Notes: generated by a model not told the origin, from the letters alone. A stretch of DNA of 64,000 nucleotides from Tenericutes bacterium ADurb.Bin239 (GCA_002069815.1 MWCB01000002.1:4716-68715); one strand, 5' to 3'; numbered from the stretch's first letter, positions 18,735-28,434 are shown. Made by a program: numbers and translations.

Positions 18735-20069
18735 ATGAAAAAAAAAGCAAGACAAGATGGCGTGGCACTTATCACATTATGGAAAATGTTTCTTAAAAAC
18801 GTATTCTCCGTTTTTTATTTTATGATTGTGGGTTTAATACTAGCAGTTATATATACACAATTTTTAGTGAAACCATCGTTTGTAGCAACTGGTAATATTG
18901 AAAATGTTGGAGCAGTAAACACGGCCTTAATGCAAACTATGCCAATGATTGCGAAGGAGCAACAAACTCTTGAAAAAGTAGTGGAAAAAATGAATGTCCC
19001 AGTTGTAGAACAAGCAAAAAAAATTGAAGAAATTAACACAAAATTAGTTGTTAATAATTATTCCGCGACAACATTAAAAGTTACTATTTCATACAAAAGC
19101 ACCGCAAAAAACGAAGCTGAACTTGTTGTCAATTGCGTAATAGAAGTCTCGATTGAACGTTTTATTGAACGAAATCCGGCATTGGAAGATAAGGTTAAAA
19201 AGCAAAGTAATCCAATTGTAGCGCGTCCAACTGGTTTATCGAATAGAGCAATATATATAGGATTTATTGGATTAGGTGTAGTATTTGGTGCTGTAGTTGG
19301 TATTGCGGGTGATTTAATTAATCGACATATTTTGTTTGCCGAAGATTTAAAAGAGTATGGTGTTCCTTGTAACGTAATTAATTTAAATCAAAAAAAGGGT
19401 GATGTTATTCCCCCACTTGAAACAGAGGAATTTTTAAAAGGAACTATAGTTTTACAAGATCAACTAGAGGGAGTGATTAGAGACAAAAAAGCAAGGGTAA
19501 TTGGAGTAGCTAATTTGGGGTATGATACTTACGAAGTTTTAAGTGCAGTACTGGCGGAGAATCTATCAAAAGTTGGACTTAAAACTTTAGTTATAGATTT
19601 AGATTTAGAACATCCAAGAATACATGCTTTCTATAATGTTGACACCGCGATAAATATAACCAACATTCTAAATGACGAAGTTATTAAACCCCTTAAAATC
19701 AAAAATAATTTAGAAGTGTTACCCACTACCACATATGCTTATCCCGCTCATTTTTTGAAAGATGAAAGATTACATAAATTAATTAGAGAAAATGCACTTA
19801 AATATGATTATGTGTTTGTTAATATTCCAATCGTGGATTATTATGCTCCTATCTTATTTAATTTTGATTTAATTGATATGTTGCTTATCAACACTTCTTT
19901 TGAAGGCACGAAGATGAAAAAATTAGATGCGTATATTGAAAACCTCGAAATAGAACATCGCAGTAAATTATTCCTTAATGGTATCGATAGTCGCGCTAAA
20001 CGGGATTTTACAAAAATTAAAGAAAAGATAAAAGCTTTATTCAAACGCAAAAATAAAAAGGACGAGTAA
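18735..20069 (+). CDS. fused polysaccharide co-polymerase (Wzz/CpsC-like, 2 TM) + degenerate CpsD/BY-kinase-like ATPase domain
   Basis: An N-terminal TM segment followed by PSFVATGNIEN and a second TM (IGFIGLGVVFGAVVGIAG) resembles CpsC. The C-terminus aligns by eye to CpsD: Walker A' LVIDLDLEHP is kept, but the P-loop GKS/T is replaced by GYDTYEV and there is no C-terminal Tyr cluster. Confidence 0.5.
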   Translation: MKKKARQDGVALITLWKMFLKNVFSVFYFMIVGLILAVIYTQFLVKPSFVATGNIENVGAVNTALMQTMPMIAKEQQTLEKVVEKMNVPVVEQAKKIEEINTKLVVNNYSATTLKVTISYKSTAKNEAELVVNCVIEVSIERFIERNPALEDKVKKQSNPIVARPTGLSNRAIYIGFIGLGVVFGAVVGIAGDLINRHILFAEDLKEYGVPCNVINLNQKKGDVIPPLETEEFLKGTIVLQDQLEGVIRDKKARVIGVANLGYDTYEVLSAVLAENLSKVGLKTLVIDLDLEHPRIHAFYNVDTAINITNILNDEVIKPLKIKNNLEVLPTTTYAYPAHFLKDERLHKLIRENALKYDYVFVNIPIVDYYAPILFNFDLIDMLLINTSFEGTKMKKLDAYIENLEIEHRSKLFLNGIDSRAKRDFTKIKEKIKALFKRKNKKDE

Positions 20070-20099
20070 GCTCATCCTCTTCTTAGTAATTTATTAATT

Positions 20100-21242
20100 T
20101 TATTGATACTTTTTTAATATTTCTACTGCTGTTTTTAATGTGTCCATGGGAACACATAAGCTGAGTCTTACATATTTATCGAACTTTTCACCAAAAGCGA
20201 TACCTGGTACCACGAGTAAATTATGTTCTTCTAATAATTTATTAGCGAACTCTGTACTTGTTGACTTTGTTTCACTAATATTCATAAAGTAATAGAAAGC
20301 ACCATCAGGTAAGGTGCCACTGAATAGTGGTAATTTATTAATTTCTTCATGTAAGAATAAAGCTCTTTCTTTTAATTCATTGTTATATGGAATTAGAAAC
20401 ATTGGTTTATTAGTTAAGGCGGCAACTGCTCCTTTTTGAATAAAAGTTGCGGTATTTGTGTGAATGCTTTGGTTAACTAGGTTCATTTTATGCACTAACG
20501 CTTTATTACTTAGCGCATAACCTAATCGAAAGCCAGTCATGGCATAAGTTTTACTAAAGCCATTAACGACAACGAGTTGATCTTTAATAAGCGGGAATTC
20601 GCCAAAAGAATGGAAGGCTTTCCCACTGAAGTTAAGTTTGTCATAAATTTCATCACTTAGTAAATAAATCTTATTTTGGAATACTAAATTAACAATTTTC
20701 ATTGTTTCTTGGAATGATAAGATTTGACCAGTGGGGTTATTTGGATAATTAACAATTAATAATTTTGTTTTCTTTGTAATCTTTTCTTTTAATTTTTCAA
20801 TTGGAAAAGTAAAGTCTTTATTAAGCGCTAGTTTAATAATCTTAGCTTTTGGTTCCGCGAGTTTAATCATTGCGGGATAACTAACGTAATACGGCGCGAT
20901 AATAATAACTTCGTCGCCTGGTTCAAGAATACTCGCTAGCGCTGCGTGAATCGCCGCTTTTGCGCCTGGAAAAATAATAACTTCATCTGCAGTGTAATGT
21001 TTATTTTCTTTAGCGATTAAAGTTCTTAATTCATATAAACCTTGCGGCGTGGAATACTTTGTATAACCTTCATCAAGTGCTTTCTTCGTTGCGTCAATTA
21101 TATATTCAGGGGTGGCAAAGTCAGGTTCACCGACGGCAAGCGAAATAATCTTCTCACCTTCCGCTTCTTTTTGTCTTGCTTTTTCACCGAGTAAAAGGGT
21201 CGGACTTTCTTTTATTTCCGGACTAAATAACATAAATAACAC
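20100..21242 (-). CDS. class I/II pyridoxal-phosphate aminotransferase (aspartate/aromatic aminotransferase-like)
   Basis: NYPNNPTGQ and SKTYAMTGFRLGY (the PLP-binding lysine) are the class-I aminotransferase motifs. Confidence 0.8.
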   Translation of the reverse strand: MLFMLFSPEIKESPTLLLGEKARQKEAEGEKIISLAVGEPDFATPEYIIDATKKALDEGYTKYSTPQGLYELRTLIAKENKHYTADEVIIFPGAKAAIHAALASILEPGDEVIIIAPYYVSYPAMIKLAEPKAKIIKLALNKDFTFPIEKLKEKITKKTKLLIVNYPNNPTGQILSFQETMKIVNLVFQNKIYLLSDEIYDKLNFSGKAFHSFGEFPLIKDQLVVVNGFSKTYAMTGFRLGYALSNKALVHKMNLVNQSIHTNTATFIQKGAVAALTNKPMFLIPYNNELKERALFLHEEINKLPLFSGTLPDGAFYYFMNISETKSTSTEFANKLLEEHNLLVVPGIAFGEKFDKYVRLSLCVPMDTLKTAVEILKKYQ

Positions 21243-21338
21243 CTCTTTTCTCTACAATTTTACCATATTTCACTCATTTTTAGATAAAAAATGACATTAT
21301 ATGGTAAATTATTAAATATAGGAAGAGGGGATTAATTA

Positions 21339-23045
21339 ATGAAGACATTTCACTTTAATGATGACTATGCGCTTATTTGTTTTGACGATATAAATGTTAA
21401 TGATCCTTTCTTAATTCTTAACTCTAAAAGTTTTGAAAAAGTGTTTCGAAGTTATCATCGCACTTTAAAAGATGAACAAAGTGTTTTACTTATGCCGCTT
21501 ATCAAATTAACGGCGACTGATTTATTAGAATTTTATAAACTTCTTTTTAAGTATGAACTTAGTACAGTTTTAAGACGGATGCCAAAAGTGACCAAGGAAC
21601 ACGTCTTACCCATATATGAATTAACGGAAAACTTCTATGACTATTGGCGAAAATTTGAAAGATTTGGCTTACTTAATGCTTATAAGGAAGATACATCTCG
21701 CACGAAAGTTGATGATTTACTAAAGGTAAGTAACGACTTCAACCATCAAATTATTACAATATACCGAACCATTAGTCAAAAACTTTTAGGGGAACACTTC
21801 CACGTCTATCGGCAATTACCCGCGGGGATTAGTGCGAATATGCTCTATACTTATCACACTTTTGATAAACGTTTGAAAGAGTATAAGCTTTTGAATAATA
21901 TTCCAGTGGCAACAAAGATAGTTATTCATCCACCCTTTATTATTAATTCAAAGAGTAATGTAAGACGCGGCACTTTTACACCCTTAACTTATTCTTATAA
22001 TCCAATCAATCACCTTAAGATTAATAAAAGTAGTTTTATTGCTTTTCCATTATGGGTGGGACCACTTCTAGCGTATGTTTATATTCATATTGATTTCTTA
22101 CATCACGGGATTGCGCTATCTAATCTTTTTGAAATCGCTGATTATCAAAAGATAAAAGATCAAAAACCAAACTTAATATATATCTATGGTGTTGAAGATA
22201 CTTTGTATGATTCGAAGTTTTATCATGATAATAAAAACGATATCTATTTAGGATTTGTGTGTAAGAGTGAAGAAAATGATTACTTTGGTTATCTTAAAAA
22301 GATGTTACTTACCCTTCATAACTTATATATGATTAATCACGATAGTTTGCCACTGCATGGAGCGATGGTTGAAATTACCCTTCGCACAAATGCTAAGAAA
22401 AGAGTTGTGATTGTCGGTGATAGCGGAGCGGGGAAAAGCGAAACACTAGAAGCTCTCCGTCAAATTGCAAGTGATGATATTAAAGATATCAAAGTTGTCT
22501 TTGATGATATGGGTACCCTTAGTATTAATGAAAACAAAGAAATTGTCGCTAGCGGGACGGAAATCGGCGCATTTGTAAGACTTGACGACTTAGAACAAGG
22601 TTTTGCTTATGAAGTGATGGACCGCGCCTTATTTTTAAATCCTTCCCAAGTTAACGCCCGCGTTGTTATTCCCCTAAGTAGATACTCCTTTGTGATTGAA
22701 AAGCATCCAGTTGATCTTTTCTTATACGCTAATAATTATGAAAATAAAGATGGTATTAAAGTATTTGATAAATATGATGATGCGCTCGCCGTCTTTAAAA
22801 AAGGAATGCGGAGAGCTAAGGGGACCACCGCTGAAGTTGGGATGACTCAATCTTACTTTGCTAACCCATTTGGGCCAATGCAATATCGCGCTAAGACGGA
22901 TCGATTATTAAATAAATTCTTTAAAGCTCTGAGTGATAATAAAGTGGTGTTAGGGGAGTTATACACAAAACTAGCGCTCCATGATGAGGAAGTTAGAGGA
23001 CCGGCTAATGCGGCCCTCGCGCTTCTAAAATTATTGCAAGGTTAA
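21339..23045 (+). CDS. hypothetical protein with C-terminal HPr kinase/phosphorylase-like P-loop domain
   Basis: LHGAMVEITLRTNAKKRVVIVGDSGAGKSETLEAL resembles the HprK core (HGVLVDV...GVLITGDSGIGKSETALEL). The N-terminal 350 aa match nothing I recognise. Confidence 0.45.
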   Translation: MKTFHFNDDYALICFDDINVNDPFLILNSKSFEKVFRSYHRTLKDEQSVLLMPLIKLTATDLLEFYKLLFKYELSTVLRRMPKVTKEHVLPIYELTENFYDYWRKFERFGLLNAYKEDTSRTKVDDLLKVSNDFNHQIITIYRTISQKLLGEHFHVYRQLPAGISANMLYTYHTFDKRLKEYKLLNNIPVATKIVIHPPFIINSKSNVRRGTFTPLTYSYNPINHLKINKSSFIAFPLWVGPLLAYVYIHIDFLHHGIALSNLFEIADYQKIKDQKPNLIYIYGVEDTLYDSKFYHDNKNDIYLGFVCKSEENDYFGYLKKMLLTLHNLYMINHDSLPLHGAMVEITLRTNAKKRVVIVGDSGAGKSETLEALRQIASDDIKDIKVVFDDMGTLSINENKEIVASGTEIGAFVRLDDLEQGFAYEVMDRALFLNPSQVNARVVIPLSRYSFVIEKHPVDLFLYANNYENKDGIKVFDKYDDALAVFKKGMRRAKGTTAEVGMTQSYFANPFGPMQYRAKTDRLLNKFFKALSDNKVVLGELYTKLALHDEEVRGPANAALALLKLLQG

Positions 23046-23047
23046 AC

Positions 23048-24328
23048 ATGAAAAAAGTTTATAAATATCTAGAAGAGTTTAAAAATGAACCACATTATTT
23101 AGCAAGTGTTAATGCTTTTCTTAGTGGCATCAAAGAAGAAAACATTAGTGAAGACAAGTTATTAGTGTTAATAACGCCGAACCATATTATTGAATTTGAT
23201 GTGGAGTGGACGGATGACTTAGGTAAAAAACATACCGAAAAAGGATGGCGTGTCCAACATAGCAATAAACTTGGTGTCTATAAGGGCGGGATTCGTTTTA
23301 GTAATACAGTTACGCTTGATATTTTAAAAGCACTAGCGTTTGAACAAACATTAAAAAATAGTTTAACTGGACTACCACTTGGGGGCGCGAAAGGCGGTTC
23401 CACCTTTGATCCAACACATAAGAGTGAAAACGAAATCAAACGTTTTATTAAAGCATTTATGGAAAAGTTGAGTCCTATTCTTGGTAGTAATGTTGATGTA
23501 CCCGCTGGTGATTTAGGGGTCGGCCAAAAAGAAGTAACACTCATGCAAAAGGAATATGAACGAGTATTAAATACGAAAGATATAACTTTCACGAGTAAAC
23601 TCATCAATTACGGTGGTAGTTATTTACGTAGCGAGGCGACTGGATATGGTTTATGTTACATGGTAAATGAAGCCCTTAAAAGTCGCTTTGGGACGACAAT
23701 AAAGGATAAAACGCTAATTGTATCAGGAAGTGGTAATGTCGGTCTCCACGCCGCTTTTAAAGCGAGAGAATTAGGCGCTAAAGTTATTGGTGTTAGTGAT
23801 ATAAGCGGAACGATTTATGATGATCAAGGGATTGATTTAACATTCATTAAAGCGCTTAAAGCTAATAGAGAGTCATTTGCGAACTATTTAGTAAAACACA
23901 AACACGCTAAATATAGTCCTTACCCCAAAGCCCTTTGGGAAATAAAGGCTGACATCGTGTTACCATGCGCGACACAAGATGAAATAAACACAGAAGATAT
24001 CGCAAAAATTGTAAGTAATAAACCACTTCTTATCGCCGAAGGTAGTAATCTTGGTTTAACGTTAAAAGCAGTTGAATACTTAGTAAAAAAAGAAATTTTA
24101 TTTATCCCTGGGAAAGCCGCTAATAGTGGGGGAGTAGCAGTAAGTTACTTTGAAATGCTACAAAATAAAGAAGGTGTTTCTTGGAGCGAAAGTGAAGTTG
24201 ACACTAGACTAAAAGATGTTATGAAAAATGTTTTTCGTCGTATCAATGAATATGCTTTAAAACATAATTACCCCTATGACTTAAAAAGAGCAGCGGATAT
24301 CGTAGCGCTTTTAACTTTGTTAAAATAA
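23048..24328 (+). CDS. glutamate dehydrogenase (Glu/Leu/Phe/Val dehydrogenase family)
   Basis: LPLGGAKGGSTFDP is the catalytic-Lys GGxKGG motif and GSGNVG is the dinucleotide-binding motif. The start lies 2 nt after the upstream stop. Confidence 0.85.
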   Translation: MKKVYKYLEEFKNEPHYLASVNAFLSGIKEENISEDKLLVLITPNHIIEFDVEWTDDLGKKHTEKGWRVQHSNKLGVYKGGIRFSNTVTLDILKALAFEQTLKNSLTGLPLGGAKGGSTFDPTHKSENEIKRFIKAFMEKLSPILGSNVDVPAGDLGVGQKEVTLMQKEYERVLNTKDITFTSKLINYGGSYLRSEATGYGLCYMVNEALKSRFGTTIKDKTLIVSGSGNVGLHAAFKARELGAKVIGVSDISGTIYDDQGIDLTFIKALKANRESFANYLVKHKHAKYSPYPKALWEIKADIVLPCATQDEINTEDIAKIVSNKPLLIAEGSNLGLTLKAVEYLVKKEILFIPGKAANSGGVAVSYFEMLQNKEGVSWSESEVDTRLKDVMKNVFRRINEYALKHNYPYDLKRAADIVALLTLLK

Positions 24329-24348
24329 ATTAAAAATATAAAGAAAAA

Positions 24349-24372
24349 CTAGGAGAGGGTCCTAGCTTTTTT
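24349..24372. terminator. bidirectional intrinsic terminator between convergent gdh and lipoprotein genes
   Basis: CTAGGA-GAGGG-TCCTAG hairpin with an A-run on its 5' side and T6 on its 3' side. Confidence 0.65.
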
Positions 24373-24408
24373 GGGAGAAAGGTTATTTTTCTTTTTTATT
24401 TAATTTGA

Positions 24409-25893
24409 TTAAGCCTTAGTTACCCAAGCGGGTAAGTAAGATGTATAACCACGAAAGGTAAATACTTTTGTATCATGGAACTTTGTATTTTCTTCACCAG
24501 TAACTTTGTTTTCAAAGTCTTGAAGGTCTTCGTTCCACACGGGAGTTCCACCTGTTTTAGTTAAATCGTAATAGCCCTTAACGGGGGTACTACCTTCCAT
24601 TACTAAGTCATTAGCGCCCCCATTAGTGGAGAATTTCATAGTTCCATTAGCCGCATTCCAGAAAACATTTAAGTTTAAAGAAATGCGTGGAATTTTATAA
24701 ATCCGTTCTACCGCGGCGGCGGCGGGGTGACCTTTTGTACCATCTAAGTTATAAGTATCATCAGGATTTGGTGGTCCAGGATTTTTATTATAGGCACCCG
24801 CTCTACTAGCGGCAATTGCCACCATATATGGATTTAAGGTATCCATCAAGGCTTGGCTATTACTGCCATGACTGCCGTGGTGACTAGCTTTATATAAGCT
24901 AACCTGTGGCAACGTTTCATTCCGTAATAAACTAGTTTCGCTCCCAGTTGTTAAATCACCCGCCGTAAAAAATTTAAAGTCTTGATAACAGAAAAGTAAA
25001 GCAAGGCTATTAGCGTTACCACTGCTTGTATCACTATATGCGCCAGTATTTAAGACATCCACATAAAATTCACTCGTAAAGTAATAACGGTTTGTTGCTC
25101 CATTTACTTTATTGATCGAATCAAGCGCAGTGTAATAAACGGCACCATCATTTTGTTGACGATTACGAATGAGTTGTTTGTAAGCACTACTTTCACCACC
25201 AGCGCGTCCATAATCTAAGAAACTAGTAATATGCTCAATATCGCGAACGATATACGGAATACCCTGAGTATGATCAGCGTCACCATGACTAGCAATAACC
25301 ATATCAAGCCGGCCATCTTCCACCTTTTCATTAAGGAAGTCACGATTCATTTCGCCATCACACTGCCACCCCGCATCAATTAAGATTTCAATATTGCCTT
25401 TTTTAATTAAGAGCGAGTCAGCGTAAATTTTATAAGTTTCTAGGAAGTATACTTCAAGAGGACCATCGCCTTCATATCCTTTATAGAAAGGATCATCAGC
25501 GCTTGTCCCCGTACCAACTCCAGTTTGTTCTGCTACCTGATTAACAGTTAAGAATAAACTAGCTTTAACATCAGGATAATTAAGCGCGTGGACATTAACC
25601 ATTGTTTGACCAGCGGCGACACCAGTGACAACACCGGTTTCACTGATAGTGGCCAAAGCAGTGTCCGTAACACTCCACACGACATCTTGCGCTGCGTCTT
25701 TTGGTAATACTTCGGCTTGTAGTGAAATAGTATCATTTACGTACGTAGTAACATCAAAAACTTGAGTGTTATCTTTTAAAATTTTAACACTTAAAGGTGT
25801 GGGGGGCACACTTACTACCTCCGAAGAGGAGCGCCTAGTGCAACCACTAAGCGCTAAGAGTACTAATAAACCAAAGGTGGCTAATCTTTTCAT
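24409..25893 (-). CDS. lipoprotein: Big_2 (Ig-like) domain + ComEC-C-terminal-type metallo-beta-lactamase hydrolase (putative extracellular nuclease/hydrolase)
   Basis: The lipobox LLALSGCTRRSSSE and a Big_2-like repeat (WSVTDTALATISETGVVTG) are present. The MBL motifs VIASHGDADHTQG and YKASHHGSHGSNSQ resemble the ComEC lactamase domain. Confidence 0.6.
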   Translation of the reverse strand: MKRLATFGLLVLLALSGCTRRSSSEVVSVPPTPLSVKILKDNTQVFDVTTYVNDTISLQAEVLPKDAAQDVVWSVTDTALATISETGVVTGVAAGQTMVNVHALNYPDVKASLFLTVNQVAEQTGVGTGTSADDPFYKGYEGDGPLEVYFLETYKIYADSLLIKKGNIEILIDAGWQCDGEMNRDFLNEKVEDGRLDMVIASHGDADHTQGIPYIVRDIEHITSFLDYGRAGGESSAYKQLIRNRQQNDGAVYYTALDSINKVNGATNRYYFTSEFYVDVLNTGAYSDTSSGNANSLALLFCYQDFKFFTAGDLTTGSETSLLRNETLPQVSLYKASHHGSHGSNSQALMDTLNPYMVAIAASRAGAYNKNPGPPNPDDTYNLDGTKGHPAAAAVERIYKIPRISLNLNVFWNAANGTMKFSTNGGANDLVMEGSTPVKGYYDLTKTGGTPVWNEDLQDFENKVTGEENTKFHDTKVFTFRGYTSYLPAWVTKA

Positions 25894-25897
25894 ATTA

Positions 25898-28024
25898 TTA
25901 AGCCTCGTTGATTAATTTAAGGTTATCAATATTAATACGATTACCAGTCCCAGCTTTAACACAAAGTGCAACACGAACATTGCTGCTAGTGTCAAGACGG
26001 ACGCGGTATTTTTGTAATTCAAAGTTATTAATAGTAAATTCGCGTTCGATTTTAATCCAAGTTGCTCCATCATCAGTGGACACTTCAAACATGAGAACGG
26101 TGCCCTTTGCGTTAGTTCCGTAAATGGCACAATCAAATTCAATCATGTTAAATTCAAGATCGTTTTCTTGTAATTCAATGCGACCAGCGTTATCTTGAGC
26201 AGCGTTAGTTTGGGTACGCATTGCATAAGTACCAGTACGCTTATCTCTTTTGTCACCACCGATTAAAGTGTTTCTAAGGTACCATTGCTTTTGAGTAGGA
26301 TGACCGAGAGTAACCATATCATCGTTATGTGTATATGTTGGTTTAGTGAGACTATTACCATAACCATTAGCTGAATCAGCATCCTCTAAGTCAAAGGTAT
26401 GTAAAATTTCAAGAATGCTTTCATCAGTTCCAAAAACAGTAACGAGGAAGGTTCTAGTTGTTTGTCCGGCCCCTTTCTTAACGGTAGCGGTTAAAGTAAC
26501 ATCTTCCATAATGTCGGGGTGCGTGACTGCGCCAGTACTAGCGTTAATAATAGCACTATCTGAAGCCCATTCAACCGTCACACCCTCGTAATTTTCTAAA
26601 GTTGTTGGTAGGTTGAGAGTCGTCACTGTCGTTGGCACACAGTCAAGTACCTCTAAAGTGGCCGCGGCAATTTGAGCGGCTTGTTGTTCCGTCATTACCG
26701 CCGCCCCAAAATCAGTTGAACGAACAATTTTGAGTTGGTTGGCTGGTTTACCATAACCAAATGCACACATAACCCCAACGACATCAATCGCCGAACCAGG
26801 AGCGGTGGCTTGGAATTTTGCATTAATTGCCGCAAATTCATCAACAGTCATTAACGTTGGGTCAACGCGGAGAGTAAATTCTTGATCACCAACCATTATT
26901 TTGACGTTGTAGGCTTTAGTATAGCTTGTTGGTAAAACACTGATAACCCCCGCTTTTATTTCAACGAATGAAGCTTGGTGGGTAGCCATATCATCTAAGC
27001 TTAAGAGATTTTTATCACTAACATCAACGATATTATAGGTTAGGGCTGGAGTATGTGGCACGAAGTATTCAACATCCACTAATTCACGAGTACCGAAATA
27101 GTTTTTGAAATAACCACCAACGGTATATGATTCACCAACGGTAACAGGAAATGCATTATTATCTTGTTTATAGATATAATATCCTTCCGCGCCATTTTGG
27201 ATAAAGTATTCAACCGTGCCTTCAGCGCTAACTGGCGCTGCATAAGTTACAACGCCACGGATTTTAAACGGAGTGCCGTTTTCCGTAGCAGTTGAAACAA
27301 AATCACTATGGAGACTATAATCCATATTTTCCCAGTTTTGGCCAACTGCATCTTCGACAACTTCAAGGCTAAAGACTTTTTTAACCGTGCCTTTAACTGC
27401 ACTTGTGGCAGTAATATCAACAGGGCCAACCGCGATACCGCTAACTAGGCCCGTATTATCAACTTCAGCTTTACTCGTATCAGAACTAGACCAGAGTACT
27501 TCTTGGCTAGCTTCAACTGGTAAAACAGTAGCGTTAAGTTTTAGCGTCCCGCCCACACTCACGATCGTTAAATCATCCACTGAATTAATAAGAATTTCAG
27601 TTGGATCGGGAGTAACGATAACTTTAGGAGTAATCGCTAGTGATACTTGGGCTGAGAGATCGACATTAACCGTTGAGGTTGCGATAATAAAGACATTTCC
27701 TTCCCCTATCCCAGTTACTTCACCACTGTCGGTAATAGTCGCTTTAGTTGTGTCACTAGTTGCCCAAGTGACACTTTGCGGGGCGCCTTCAGGTTTAACA
27801 GTAGCACTAAAAAGGGCTGACTCATCAACAGCCAAACTGCTTGGGCCACTAATAGTGATACTAGTTGGTGCAATTGGGCCTCCGCTACTGGTTGTTGTAA
27901 CAACCGATCCTTCGCTACTGCTTGTTTTACAGCCGCTTAGGAGTAAAGCTACAAGCGGAATTAATAATAATCTTCTTCGTTTCATAAACATCTCCTTTCT
28001 TATATATGTAAAAAACGAAAACAT
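25898..28024 (-). CDS. lipoprotein with three Big_2 repeats, OB-fold-like and lamin-tail-like C-terminal regions (putative surface nucleic-acid/ligand binding protein)
   Basis: The lipobox LLLSGCKTSSSEG is followed by three copies of W(A/S)(T/S)SDT(S/T)KA...GxVTG. The central and C-terminal domains are assigned by eye only. Confidence 0.5.
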   Translation of the reverse strand: MFSFFTYIRKEMFMKRRRLLLIPLVALLLSGCKTSSSEGSVVTTTSSGGPIAPTSITISGPSSLAVDESALFSATVKPEGAPQSVTWATSDTTKATITDSGEVTGIGEGNVFIIATSTVNVDLSAQVSLAITPKVIVTPDPTEILINSVDDLTIVSVGGTLKLNATVLPVEASQEVLWSSSDTSKAEVDNTGLVSGIAVGPVDITATSAVKGTVKKVFSLEVVEDAVGQNWENMDYSLHSDFVSTATENGTPFKIRGVVTYAAPVSAEGTVEYFIQNGAEGYYIYKQDNNAFPVTVGESYTVGGYFKNYFGTRELVDVEYFVPHTPALTYNIVDVSDKNLLSLDDMATHQASFVEIKAGVISVLPTSYTKAYNVKIMVGDQEFTLRVDPTLMTVDEFAAINAKFQATAPGSAIDVVGVMCAFGYGKPANQLKIVRSTDFGAAVMTEQQAAQIAAATLEVLDCVPTTVTTLNLPTTLENYEGVTVEWASDSAIINASTGAVTHPDIMEDVTLTATVKKGAGQTTRTFLVTVFGTDESILEILHTFDLEDADSANGYGNSLTKPTYTHNDDMVTLGHPTQKQWYLRNTLIGGDKRDKRTGTYAMRTQTNAAQDNAGRIELQENDLEFNMIEFDCAIYGTNAKGTVLMFEVSTDDGATWIKIEREFTINNFELQKYRVRLDTSSNVRVALCVKAGTGNRINIDNLKLINEA

Positions 28025-28434
28025 TTTTAGTTTTTCTAGTACGTTTGATTATCGTTTAGCAACCACCCCCTTTTTAAGTTACTGAAAGTGACCTAAAATA
28101 TTTATATTCGCTACAGTTGTAGGGAATAGGGGGCTAAAAAGTCTCTTGGAAAAGCTTTTTAGGATCACTTTAATAATAATTAAAAATATGACAATTGTCA
28201 AATAATACAGGTGAAATTTTCTTCCAGAAAATTGGTTATATTATGGTCATATGTGTGTATTGTGTAGACTTGTAAAAAAGTAATGTTACAGTAATTCAAT
28301 GTTTATTTTATTGTATGTCTACAATTAGGGCAACAGGACGTGCAATTACATTATTAGTTATTAGTGAATAATGTAGAAGAATAGTCATTTTATGTTATAC
28401 TTACAAAGTAAAAAAAGAGAAAAGGTGTAAATAC

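Noticed and set aside
20070-20100. Possible convergent terminator hairpin GGACGAG-TAAG-CTCATCC between the Wzz-like gene and the aminotransferase
   Set aside because: The stem has a central C-A mismatch and no T-run, so it is too weak to call.
20100-21242. Aminotransferase considered as the missing AEP transaminase of the phosphonate pathway
   Set aside because: It is a class-I aspartate-type enzyme (SKTYAMTGFRLGY lysine motif), whereas AEP transaminases are class-V PhnW-like. It lies 4.4 kb away on the opposite strand, beyond unrelated genes.
27387-28085. 232-aa plus-strand ORF, hydrophobic and Ala/Thr/Val-rich
   Set aside because: It is antisense to the Big_2 lipoprotein gene. Its composition mirrors the S/T/A/G-rich codons of that gene on the opposite strand.
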